DNA from: a virus | Lineage: Duplodnaviria; Heunggongvirae; Uroviricota; Caudoviricetes | DNA length: 64,000 nt | IMG/VR virus record: IMGVR_UViG_3300032272_000001 | Location: 39,273-103,272 of that record | Direction: 5' to 3' (one strand) | In this document: positions 29,972 through 38,442 of the stretch, piece by piece | How positions within the stretch are numbered: position 1 is the stretch's first letter | How the letters are laid out: each line of letters begins with the position of its first letter | Program-made: the position numbers and the translations under genes | The notes under the pieces: model-generated | What the model was told of the DNA's origin: nothing | What the model saw: the letters and a program-made list of their open reading frames with translations, nothing else | Databases searched by the model: none

Positions 29972-30503
29972 ACACAGCATGACTACACAAGATTTATGGG
30001 ATTGGATGTGTGAACTTCGTAATGTAGAAACACCGTGTAAAAGATGCGGTGGAGCTGGTGTTTCTACATACGCCAGTTCATCTACATGGGGTGGTGGTGC
30101 TGGTGGCATGACACCAACCAGTGGTGTATGTGATCGTTGTTGGGGTACTGGTGATGAAATCAGAAAAGGCGCGTCTTATCGACTAATCCAACATTGGAAA
30201 AACGCATATGAACGTGAACAAAAAAGAAAGACGTGTAATATGAATATAGATAATATAGAACAATATTTAGTTGATAAACACAAAAAAACAGTTTTGGCAA
30301 GAATGTCTGGTCCTGTAAGTCTATTTGCAGTCGATAATGAAACAATTGCTGTTGCTGCTTTACAACTAAAATATAAAAGTAATAATGAAATTGATTTGGC
30401 GAAAGAAATAGCCGATGAAATGGATCGTACTGAAATGCGATTTATAACCATTTATGAAATAAATACAGAAAAGAATGTATTGAGATATGGGATTATAAAA
30501 TAA
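29964..30503 (+). CDS. Hypothetical protein with DnaJ-type Zn finger
   Basis: CKRCGGAG and CDRCWGTG. Confidence 0.6.
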   Translation: MTKHSMTTQDLWDWMCELRNVETPCKRCGGAGVSTYASSSTWGGGAGGMTPTSGVCDRCWGTGDEIRKGASYRLIQHWKNAYEREQKRKTCNMNIDNIEQYLVDKHKKTVLARMSGPVSLFAVDNETIAVAALQLKYKSNNEIDLAKEIADEMDRTEMRFITIYEINTEKNVLRYGIIK

Positions 30504-31139
30504 ATGTTTAAAGGTGATGAATTATATGAGGTAAGAACACAACCTCTAGAGGGATCTTCCAATAGTCTTTGGTCTTGGGCAAAGAAAGATACTGGTGCAT
30601 GGCAAGGACCTGTTAACGATTGGAACACTTCTCATTTTGCAAAGTATGTGGAACCAATAGAAACTAAAGGCGTTGTTGTCACTGCTGGTGGTAATATGGG
30701 GTTACATACAAGAGTTTATTCTGAACTCTTTGAAAGAGTTTATGTATTTGAACCAGATTATATTAATTTTCATGCTTTGGTAAGAAACAATTTTGCTAAA
30801 AATGTGTATTTCTTTAAAGCTGCGGTAGGTAAAGAATCTGGATTTGGTGTGTTGCAAAGCGCTGGTACAGACAATATGGGTATGCATACTGTTGGTGTAG
30901 AATTAAACGGACATTTACCTATTATGACTATTGATCAATTAAATCTTCAGAGATGTGATTTGATTCAATTGGATATCGAAGGTGGTGAATCTGCTGCCCT
31001 TTTGGGTGCCGAAGAAACGATTAAAAGACATGGTCCGGTTGTAGTTACTGAAGGTAATAGTGCTAGAAAAATATTAAATGATTTTGGTTATCAGCCAGAA
31101 GGTAATAGCGTGGCTGATTATATATGGAGAAAAAAATGA
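30504..31139 (+). CDS. FkbM-family SAM methyltransferase
   Basis: VVTAGGNMG, VFEP, AAVG, LIQLDIEGGE..AL.GA. Confidence 0.85.
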   Translation: MFKGDELYEVRTQPLEGSSNSLWSWAKKDTGAWQGPVNDWNTSHFAKYVEPIETKGVVVTAGGNMGLHTRVYSELFERVYVFEPDYINFHALVRNNFAKNVYFFKAAVGKESGFGVLQSAGTDNMGMHTVGVELNGHLPIMTIDQLNLQRCDLIQLDIEGGESAALLGAEETIKRHGPVVVTEGNSARKILNDFGYQPEGNSVADYIWRKK

Positions 31140-31282
31140 AAAAAGAAGAACTAAATAAGGGATGGATTTGCCCATCTTGTAATAAAGTGTTTGCACCAAC
31201 TATCAAAATGTGCAAAAAGTGTACTGATAATTTGAAAGAACAAAAAAATGATACAAAACAGTTGCTATCTGAAAGCAACTAA
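31136..31282 (+). CDS. Small Zn-ribbon protein (48 aa)
   Basis: Read manually: GWICPSCNKVFAP...CKKC. Confidence 0.55.
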   Translation: MKKEELNKGWICPSCNKVFAPTIKMCKKCTDNLKEQKNDTKQLLSESN

Positions 31283-31288
31283 TATAGG

Positions 31289-31861
31289 ATGAAAATTATG
31301 GAAGATTATAGTAAAATTTGGTTAGCAACAGACCATCATTTTGGTCATAATAATATTATCAAATTCGCTGATGAAAATGGCGTTCCATATAGGAATTTCG
31401 TTTCTATTGAAGAACATGATAAACATTTAATCGAACAACATAATGATTTTGTTGGTCATGATGACACTGTAATTTTTGGCGGTGATCTTGGTATGGATAA
31501 AAAATATCTTGAAAGTATTTTTCTTAAATTAAAAGGAAAGAAAAAATTGATTCTTGGTAATCATGATAATTTTTCAATGACTTTTTATGACAAACATTTT
31601 TCTAGAATTCGTGCTTGGTATATGTTTGGAGAAAAAGATGTTCCGCATGTTATTTTTTCTCATTTTCCATTGATGCCTGAATCATTCCATCCAAATAAAC
31701 CATGGTTAAATGTTCATGGTCATGTTCATTCTAATAGTGTTACGGGACAAAGATCTAAAAATTATCTTAATCTTTGTCCAGAAGAATGGAGTTATGCGCC
31801 AACACAAGTTAGTGAATTGTTATTAATTGCAAAAAACAGAAAACAGGCCGGTCTGATTTAG
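31289..31861 (+). CDS. Metallophosphoesterase (calcineurin-like)
   Basis: TDHHFGH, GGDLG, GNHD, HGHVH. Confidence 0.9.
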   Translation: MKIMEDYSKIWLATDHHFGHNNIIKFADENGVPYRNFVSIEEHDKHLIEQHNDFVGHDDTVIFGGDLGMDKKYLESIFLKLKGKKKLILGNHDNFSMTFYDKHFSRIRAWYMFGEKDVPHVIFSHFPLMPESFHPNKPWLNVHGHVHSNSVTGQRSKNYLNLCPEEWSYAPTQVSELLLIAKNRKQAGLI

Positions 31862-31869
31862 GGGATAAT

Positions 31870-32352
31870 ATGGAAAAAAAATTTAAACTTATCACAAGAG
31901 AATCTTGTTCGTATTGTGATAATGCAAAAAATATTTTACAACAACAAAATTATGATTATGAAGAACTTTTGATCGGAAAAGATATTGAAAGAGATGCTGT
32001 GTTGGAAACATGGCCAACACAAAAAATGCTTCCTATTGTATTGGTGGATGATAGATTAATAGGAGGTTATATTGAATTGGTTGATTATTTACATCCACCT
32101 ATGATTGATAATTTTGAAGAAGAGATGGAGACTATGGCAAATCAAGAATTTAAAAATTGGTTTTTAAATAAACTAGAAAAATCAAATTGTAGAATTACAT
32201 ATGAAAAATCGAATGGTGATCATTCAGCTATTGATGTGAGTAAAGCACCACAAATCAATGAAAAACTTACTGTTATTGATAATTTTAATGGTAAAAGTGT
32301 TAGTATTGGTTGGGAAGATATGGTTTCATATGATTTTGGAGATATGCATTGA
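31870..32352 (+). CDS. Glutaredoxin with C-terminal extra domain
   Basis: CSYC, KMLPIV...IGGY. Confidence 0.8.
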   Translation: MEKKFKLITRESCSYCDNAKNILQQQNYDYEELLIGKDIERDAVLETWPTQKMLPIVLVDDRLIGGYIELVDYLHPPMIDNFEEEMETMANQEFKNWFLNKLEKSNCRITYEKSNGDHSAIDVSKAPQINEKLTVIDNFNGKSVSIGWEDMVSYDFGDMH

Positions 32353-33356
32353 CAGAAAAGTGGCGTAACGAACAAAATATGAATGCTAATTCTGGATCTG
32401 AATTGATGATGAAGGGATTAGAACGTGAACTTGGTGAGGAATTTTTAGAAGATTTTCAAATAATTCTTTCTCGCCCAAGAGAACTAGACGAAACGAAAAT
32501 TCGTATTTTTTGGGCGCATGATCTGCCAAATGATCCAGAATCTGTAGATTCGCTTAAGAATGGCGGATGGAAAAAATTTCATCGCTTTGTATTTGTTAGT
32601 AATTGGCAGGCACAAAGATATATTGAAATGTTTGGTATTCCATGGTCAAAAACAGTTGTGATGAGAAATGCTATTCAGCCAATTGATGTTGATATGGATA
32701 AAAAATGGGATGTTGGTAAAGAAAACCAGATTCGACTTATATATCACACAACTCCGCATCGTGGATTAGCCTTATTGGTTCCTATATTTCAAGAATTGTG
32801 CAAACACCATGACAACATTCATCTAGATGTGTATTCGTCTTTTAAATTGTATGGTTGGGATGAATCAGATGAGGAATTTTCTGAACTATACAAAATAATT
32901 GAAGAACATGAGCATATGACATATCATGGATCTGTTGATAATTCGGTTGTTCGTGACGCATTGACAGAAGCTCATATTTTTGCTTATCCTTGTGTTCATA
33001 CAGAAACATCGTGCATTGCATTGATTGAAGCAATGAATGCTGGTGTTATGTGCATTCATCCGAATAATGGCGCTCTTTACGAAACATCGTCTAACTGGAC
33101 ATTTATGTATCCATGGCATGAATCTCATCAAGAACACGCAAAAAGTCATTTTGAAATGGTTAATCATGCGATTAATTTGATTCGTGAGAACGATGAAGGT
33201 CTTAAAATGAAATTGTCTGGACAGAAAAGCTTTTCTGAAGTCAACTATTCTTGGGATATCAGATCACATGAATGGAGAGCATTTTTAGATTCATGTAGGA
33301 ATCTTGATAGAAAAATAGAAGATCCAAATAACACTTGGACTTATAAAGTTGGATAA
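32349..33356 (+). CDS. GT-B glycosyltransferase (GT4-like)
   Basis: GSELM, WAHD, FVFVSNWQ, TPHRGL, ETSCIALIEAMNAG. Confidence 0.88.
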   Translation: MTEKWRNEQNMNANSGSELMMKGLERELGEEFLEDFQIILSRPRELDETKIRIFWAHDLPNDPESVDSLKNGGWKKFHRFVFVSNWQAQRYIEMFGIPWSKTVVMRNAIQPIDVDMDKKWDVGKENQIRLIYHTTPHRGLALLVPIFQELCKHHDNIHLDVYSSFKLYGWDESDEEFSELYKIIEEHEHMTYHGSVDNSVVRDALTEAHIFAYPCVHTETSCIALIEAMNAGVMCIHPNNGALYETSSNWTFMYPWHESHQEHAKSHFEMVNHAINLIRENDEGLKMKLSGQKSFSEVNYSWDIRSHEWRAFLDSCRNLDRKIEDPNNTWTYKVG

Positions 33357-33358
33357 TA

Positions 33359-34402
33359 ATGGCGAAAAAAATAAAATCTTTTTCACGTAGTTTAGATAAG
33401 CAAATACAAGGGGCAGAACCAGAATTTAATGGTTCTGCTTCAAGAATAGAAATTGCTAAAGCATTCAATTGGTATAATTACTCATACACAATCACAGAAA
33501 CTAAAAAATGGATACTATTATGGATGCAAAATGATGGCTATTCTGTTGATGATGTGAGTATAGTCAAATCTAGTAATAATAGTAAAATTACTCAGACACA
33601 AGCATCTATAGCAAGAATGCTTACAAATGGATTAATTGAGAAAAAGCTTGAATTGAATTTGCGGAATGCTATTAATGAAGCAATAGAAAATCCATACAAA
33701 GAAACAATTAAGACAAAACCAACAACAAAAACTATTGAGAATAAATTAATTGCTGATTTGGATGATTTTCTTGATTGTTTTTATAATAACGACTATAAAG
33801 AAACGAATGACAATCTAGACGAAATCATTAGTAATCACACCGTCGCTGTAATGAAAGAAGCATCAATTTATTATGAAAAAATAAAACAAGATGTATCAAG
33901 TAACGATGATGGATACACGCATATTAATAAAACTAAGAAAAAAAGATATTTATCATTACTTGATAATATGCTTAATAAACTAAATATTGTTACTGTTGTT
34001 AAAAAAACGAGGGCACCAACAAAGAAAAAACCAAAAACAGTTATTCAAGGAAAAATAGCTGATAAATTAAAATATTTAGATCATCATGAATTAGGATCTT
34101 CTATACAACCAACATCAATATTCGGTGTTAAAGTATTGTGGACTTATAATCCAACAATTCGAAAATTATCAAAATATGTAGCATGTAAAGATGCGTTAAG
34201 TATTAAAGGACAAACTATTTTAAATTATGATCCTGAACAATCATTCACTATCACGATTCGAAAACCAGAAGAAACTGTTCCTAAGATTATCGGTGATGGT
34301 ATAAGAACACTTAATAAATATGTTTCATCATTGAATGTTAAAAGAACTACAGTAATTCAAAGAATTAATGACAAAACTCTTTTATTAAGGACACAAAAAT
34401 GA
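33359..34402 (+). CDS. Conserved T4-like hypothetical protein
   Basis: AFNWYNY, LWTYN, KG.TI.NYDPE.S..ITIRKP, RIN..TLLL. Confidence 0.65.
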   Translation: MAKKIKSFSRSLDKQIQGAEPEFNGSASRIEIAKAFNWYNYSYTITETKKWILLWMQNDGYSVDDVSIVKSSNNSKITQTQASIARMLTNGLIEKKLELNLRNAINEAIENPYKETIKTKPTTKTIENKLIADLDDFLDCFYNNDYKETNDNLDEIISNHTVAVMKEASIYYEKIKQDVSSNDDGYTHINKTKKKRYLSLLDNMLNKLNIVTVVKKTRAPTKKKPKTVIQGKIADKLKYLDHHELGSSIQPTSIFGVKVLWTYNPTIRKLSKYVACKDALSIKGQTILNYDPEQSFTITIRKPEETVPKIIGDGIRTLNKYVSSLNVKRTTVIQRINDKTLLLRTQK

Positions 34403-34797
34403 ATTCGAACAATGTAGTAAAGTTGTTTCCTGAACAACCATCAGCAATAGAATTATTTGAAGGTGATAGCAATCAAGAACCAAATGATGAAGGGTTAGAA
34501 GTTAATCTTGAAGAAATTGTTGAAGATATGCAAATAACAACGTATACTAATGTTTGTGCGAATAGAATTGGTGATGAATTGTCAAATCTTGGTATGGACC
34601 CACAAGAAGCACCAAAAGATTTTTGTTTTTTAGTTGAAGCTATATTATCATACATATATAAACATCATGATAGAGAACATGCTTTACAAGATATAGCTGA
34701 AGATTCTATAGTGATAGAAGATGATGAAACATTAATTTATAATTTCATCGAACCAAGAATTAATCCTATAGAGGAAAATAATGGCGATTCTGATTGA
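34399..34797 (+). CDS. Hypothetical acidic protein
   Basis: ORF track; NNVVKLFP start. Confidence 0.6.
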   Translation: MNSNNVVKLFPEQPSAIELFEGDSNQEPNDEGLEVNLEEIVEDMQITTYTNVCANRIGDELSNLGMDPQEAPKDFCFLVEAILSYIYKHHDREHALQDIAEDSIVIEDDETLIYNFIEPRINPIEENNGDSD

Positions 34798-35617
34798 TTT
34801 AAACCATTTGGCCTTTTCTAGTTATTTTGCTAGTGTTGGTAATCATGGTAATAAAAGTGTTGATGTTGATGCATTTCGTAAAATGTTGTTGAGTAATATC
34901 AATATCATTATGCATAAATTCAAACATTATGGTGAGGTTGTTCTTGCGTTCGATTCAAAAACAAATTGGCGTAAAGATGTTTTTGAATATTATAAAGCCC
35001 GTAGAAAAATCAACAGAGACAAATCTGATGTTGATTGGTCAAGCATTTATTCTGCTATTGATGTTGTTACAAATGAATTGGTTGATAATTTTCCATATCA
35101 TTTGATTAGAATTGATGGTGCAGAAGCAGATGATGTTATTGCGGTATTGGCAAAAAATATACAACCATCTGTTATTATTTCAAGTGATAAAGATTTCAAA
35201 CAATTACAAAAATATGAAGGTATTTGCCAATATGATCATATTAAAGAAACAATGTTGGTAGAAAAAGATCCAGAACAATTTTTGCATGACCATATTTTAT
35301 GTGGGGATTCTGGTGATGACATACCAAACATCAGAACAAGAGATGATATATTTGTTTCTGAAGGTCGCCAAGAAGTTATGACTAAAAAAAGGAAATTGGA
35401 ATTGGTTGATATTAGAAATTCACCAAACCATAAATATTATGATAGATGGTTAAGAAATCAATCTTTAATAGATTTTGATTTTATTCCAGAGAATATCGCA
35501 TCATCAATAATTGATGAACATGCGAAAGGTCCAAAAACAAAAAATCGTAGCAAAGTCCTAAACTATATTATCAAAAATCGTTTAGGAAATTTAATCAACA
35601 AAGTAAGTTATTTTTGA
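34781..35617 (+). CDS. rnh: RNase H / 5' flap nuclease (T4 Rnh)
   Basis: ILIDLN, LAFDS..NWRK, AEADD, ISSDKDF.QL, GDSGDDIPN. Confidence 0.93.
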   Translation: MAILIDLNHLAFSSYFASVGNHGNKSVDVDAFRKMLLSNINIIMHKFKHYGEVVLAFDSKTNWRKDVFEYYKARRKINRDKSDVDWSSIYSAIDVVTNELVDNFPYHLIRIDGAEADDVIAVLAKNIQPSVIISSDKDFKQLQKYEGICQYDHIKETMLVEKDPEQFLHDHILCGDSGDDIPNIRTRDDIFVSEGRQEVMTKKRKLELVDIRNSPNHKYYDRWLRNQSLIDFDFIPENIASSIIDEHAKGPKTKNRSKVLNYIIKNRLGNLINKVSYF

Positions 35618-35623
35618 GGTATT

Positions 35624-36055
35624 ATGAAACAATTAGCAATGTATGAAATCTTAGCGCAATGCGCTATGTTAGACAGCGAAGAACAACAGATCAATTTTCT
35701 TAAAACGCATTGGTCAAAACATTTAGCAGAAACATTGGCTCTTGTGTATGATGAGCGTGTGCATTGGCTTATGCCAAAAGAAACACCACCATATACTCCA
35801 TATGAACCATCACAGGGAGAAAATGATGCAAAAATGACTTTACATCAGGAAGCATCTCGTGGTAAGTTGTATTACTTTGTTCATGCTGGCAAAGGTCAAA
35901 ACGTCAACTCACTACAGAGAGAGAACATGTTTATCAATTTGTTAGAAATGGTGCACCCAAAGGATGCAGAATTACTTATTATGTTTAACCGAAAAGAATT
36001 GCCGCAAGGTATTACAAGAGAACTTATTGAAAAGGCGTATGGAGTTTACGAGTGA
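35624..36055 (+). CDS. Conserved T4-like hypothetical protein
   Basis: PPYTP, RENMFINLLEMVHPKDAELL. Confidence 0.65.
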   Translation: MKQLAMYEILAQCAMLDSEEQQINFLKTHWSKHLAETLALVYDERVHWLMPKETPPYTPYEPSQGENDAKMTLHQEASRGKLYYFVHAGKGQNVNSLQRENMFINLLEMVHPKDAELLIMFNRKELPQGITRELIEKAYGVYE

Positions 36056-36213
36056 TGGGAAAAACTATTCGGGCTAAAAAGTCATGGAGCGATGAAGATT
36101 TCAATGACTATAGTGAAAATAGAAAAAATGTTCGTGATAGGAGAAATCAGCGTAAAAATAAAATAGCTGAAAGAGAATCTTATATCACAGAATCAAATCA
36201 TACGAAAGACTAA
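36055..36213 (+). CDS. Small charged hypothetical protein (52 aa)
   Basis: Read manually: MGKTIRAKKSW... Confidence 0.45.
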   Translation: MGKTIRAKKSWSDEDFNDYSENRKNVRDRRNQRKNKIAERESYITESNHTKD

Positions 36214-36238
36214 ATGGCCAATTCGAGAGGATATAAAA

Positions 36239-36469
36239 ATTCCAACATATAAATTTAAAAAAGGCAAGAAAACATGGACAGAATATATGTCCATTTCCGA
36301 AAGAACAAAATTTCTTGAGGAAAATCCAGATGTAGAGCAGTTAATTAATGGTTTTCCTGGATTTACGGATTCTGTGCATCTCGGAAGAACAAAAACTGCC
36401 GATGGATTTAATGATTTGATGAAACAGATCAAAAAAAATAATATTCATTCGGATATTAAAACACGATAA
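36239..36469 (+). CDS. Small conserved T4-like protein (MPTY-type N-terminus), probable AUU start
   Basis: SD GAGAGG 8 nt before ATT-CCA-ACA-TAT, in frame with tracked ORF 36287..36469. Confidence 0.55.
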   Translation: MPTYKFKKGKKTWTEYMSISERTKFLEENPDVEQLINGFPGFTDSVHLGRTKTADGFNDLMKQIKKNNIHSDIKTR

Positions 36470-36474
36470 TATGT

Positions 36475-36516
36475 CCGGCCCCTCTTCACTTCGGTGTACG
36501 GGCCGGTCTTTTTTTT
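36475..36516 (+). terminator. Rho-independent terminator with cUUCGg loop
   Basis: CCGGCCC..CAC TTCG GTG..GGGCCGG then T-tract. Confidence 0.85.
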
Positions 36517-36591
36517 AAGATCAACACAACATAGGAGGTAAAACAAACCATATATTATGGTGTTAATTTTCCAATAAAATAAGGAGCCTCT

Positions 36592-37317
36592 ATGTTACAA
36601 ACAGCCCATCGACAGCTCAGCAAGAAAGCTAAAAGAGCATTACGAAAAGAAGGCGTAACAGTTAATTCTGGTTTAAGACTTAAAAAAATAGAACCATTGA
36701 CAACAAACCAAGAAATAGCATTTGAATCTTGGTATAATGATAAAGACTTATTTCTTCATGGTTCTGCTGGTACAGGAAAAACATTATTAGCATTTTATTT
36801 CGGTTTAAGAGAATTGAAACTTGACAATACAGATAAAGTATTAATTATAAGAAGTGCTGTACCAAGCCGAGATTTGGGATTCCTTCCTGGATCTGAAAAA
36901 GAAAAATTAAAACAATACGAGCTTCCTTATTACGGTATTTGTAATGAACTATACGATCGCGGCGATTCTTATGAAATTCTGAAACAAAAAGGTTCGATAG
37001 AATTTACATCAACATCTTTTCTTAGGGGGTTGACATTTGATAATTGTGTTGTTATTGTTGATGAAATGCAAAACCTAGCGTGGCATGAACTTAATACTCT
37101 AATGTCGCGTATGGGTGAAAACTGTAGAATGATTTTTTGTGGAGACACAAAACAAAGCGATCTAGAAGAATATAAAGGGAAATATGACTTGCTAAAAATG
37201 ATGAAAGTGATAAACATTATGCCATCATTTAAATCTGTGCAGTTCGTGCCTGATGATGTGGTTCGTTCTGGTAAAGCAAGAGAATATTTAATGGCCTGTG
37301 ATTCTCTAGGTTATTAA
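36592..37317 (+). CDS. phoH: PhoH-family ATPase
   Basis: GSAGTGKT, GFLPG, FLRGLTFD, VDEMQN, GDTKQSDL, VVRSG. Confidence 0.95.
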   Translation: MLQTAHRQLSKKAKRALRKEGVTVNSGLRLKKIEPLTTNQEIAFESWYNDKDLFLHGSAGTGKTLLAFYFGLRELKLDNTDKVLIIRSAVPSRDLGFLPGSEKEKLKQYELPYYGICNELYDRGDSYEILKQKGSIEFTSTSFLRGLTFDNCVVIVDEMQNLAWHELNTLMSRMGENCRMIFCGDTKQSDLEEYKGKYDLLKMMKVINIMPSFKSVQFVPDDVVRSGKAREYLMACDSLGY

Positions 37318-37450
37318 CAACAACAGCTGATCTTTATTCTGTTCGAGATTAGAGTAGGTGGGTGTCATTGGCGGTAGAGACTTCGTGACCTACATAACAA
37401 TCAAAAGGAATAATTATGACAATCAATAACAAAGATAATAACATAAAAAT

Positions 37451-37726
37451 ATGAAAAGACCAATAATACCAGAAGATTTAAATGATAAAATTTTTAGACA
37501 CGTTGTTTATCCAGGACAGTCATCTCTAGATGGTTCACCATGCATGACATATACTGTTTCAGATATTTTAGATGAATATTGGGATCATTGGTCGTTATTG
37601 ATGCTGGAGCGTTTCAAAACACAAGAAGCAATTGATAAAATCATATATCCACATAGTTTATTAGAAACTTGTATTATGGATTGGTGTGCAGTTAATTGGG
37701 CAATAGAAAAGAGTACAGATGTTTAA
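37451..37726 (+). CDS. Hypothetical protein
   Basis: ORF track. Confidence 0.5.
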   Translation: MKRPIIPEDLNDKIFRHVVYPGQSSLDGSPCMTYTVSDILDEYWDHWSLLMLERFKTQEAIDKIIYPHSLLETCIMDWCAVNWAIEKSTDV

Positions 37727-38381
37727 ACATGAACTAGTTCCAGATTTAAAATTAAAACAAATAACATTACCAGAGCGAAGATACTATGAAACAGATGATG
37801 GTAGACAATATCAATCTGTAACAACTCTTCTTGGTAAACTCCCAGAAAAGAAAAAAATATTGGAATCTTGGAGAGCTAGAGTTGGTGATAAAGAAGCTGA
37901 TAGAATAAAAAATATTGCTGGCAAAAGAGGAACAATTATACACGACGCGTTAGAATCATATTTGCATAATGAAGCAGATTATATGAAAGATCTTATGCCT
38001 GTTCATAAAGTCATTGTTATGCGTATGGCTAATAAATTAAAAGAACAAATAACAGGAAAAGTATATGGTATTGAATCTGGTTTGTATTCAAACACATTAA
38101 AAACTGCTGGTACTGTTGATTTGATAGCTGATTGGAAAGATGAAATCACTGTTTGTGATTTTAAGACATCAAAAAGATTAAAATCAAAAAAACAAATCGT
38201 TGATTATTTTTTACAAGCAACAGCATATGCTATAATGTTGCGTGAACGTCATGGAATTATTGCTAAGAATATTTGTATTTTGATGCATGTCGATAATGAT
38301 GGCGTATACGAATATATCGAAAAAGTATCTCGTTTCGAAAAATCTGCTATGAAAATATTCCCAATATTAGCTGAAAAATAA
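37719..38381 (+). CDS. PD-(D/E)xK exonuclease
   Basis: YQSVTT, RGT..H, AGTVDLI..DFKTS, YFLQ..AYA. Confidence 0.88.
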   Translation: MFKHELVPDLKLKQITLPERRYYETDDGRQYQSVTTLLGKLPEKKKILESWRARVGDKEADRIKNIAGKRGTIIHDALESYLHNEADYMKDLMPVHKVIVMRMANKLKEQITGKVYGIESGLYSNTLKTAGTVDLIADWKDEITVCDFKTSKRLKSKKQIVDYFLQATAYAIMLRERHGIIAKNICILMHVDNDGVYEYIEKVSRFEKSAMKIFPILAEK

Positions 38382-38384
38382 TTA

Positions 38385-38413
38385 TTGACATGTAATGTAC
38401 TTTTTGATATTGT
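38385..38413 (+). promoter_or_regulatory. Sigma70-type early promoter
   Basis: TTGACA-17-TATTGT. Confidence 0.6.
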
Positions 38414-38442
38414 TGTTTTCATAATAACAGAGGAAACACAAC

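Noticed and set aside
37354-37393. Possible structured RNA after phoH (GTAG/CTAC, GTCA/TGAC)
   Set aside because: The stems are only 4 bp, within chance expectation.
37719-38381. Exonuclease as Cas4
   Set aside because: No four-Cys cluster and no CRISPR context; it fits the common T4-like PD-(D/E)xK exonuclease.
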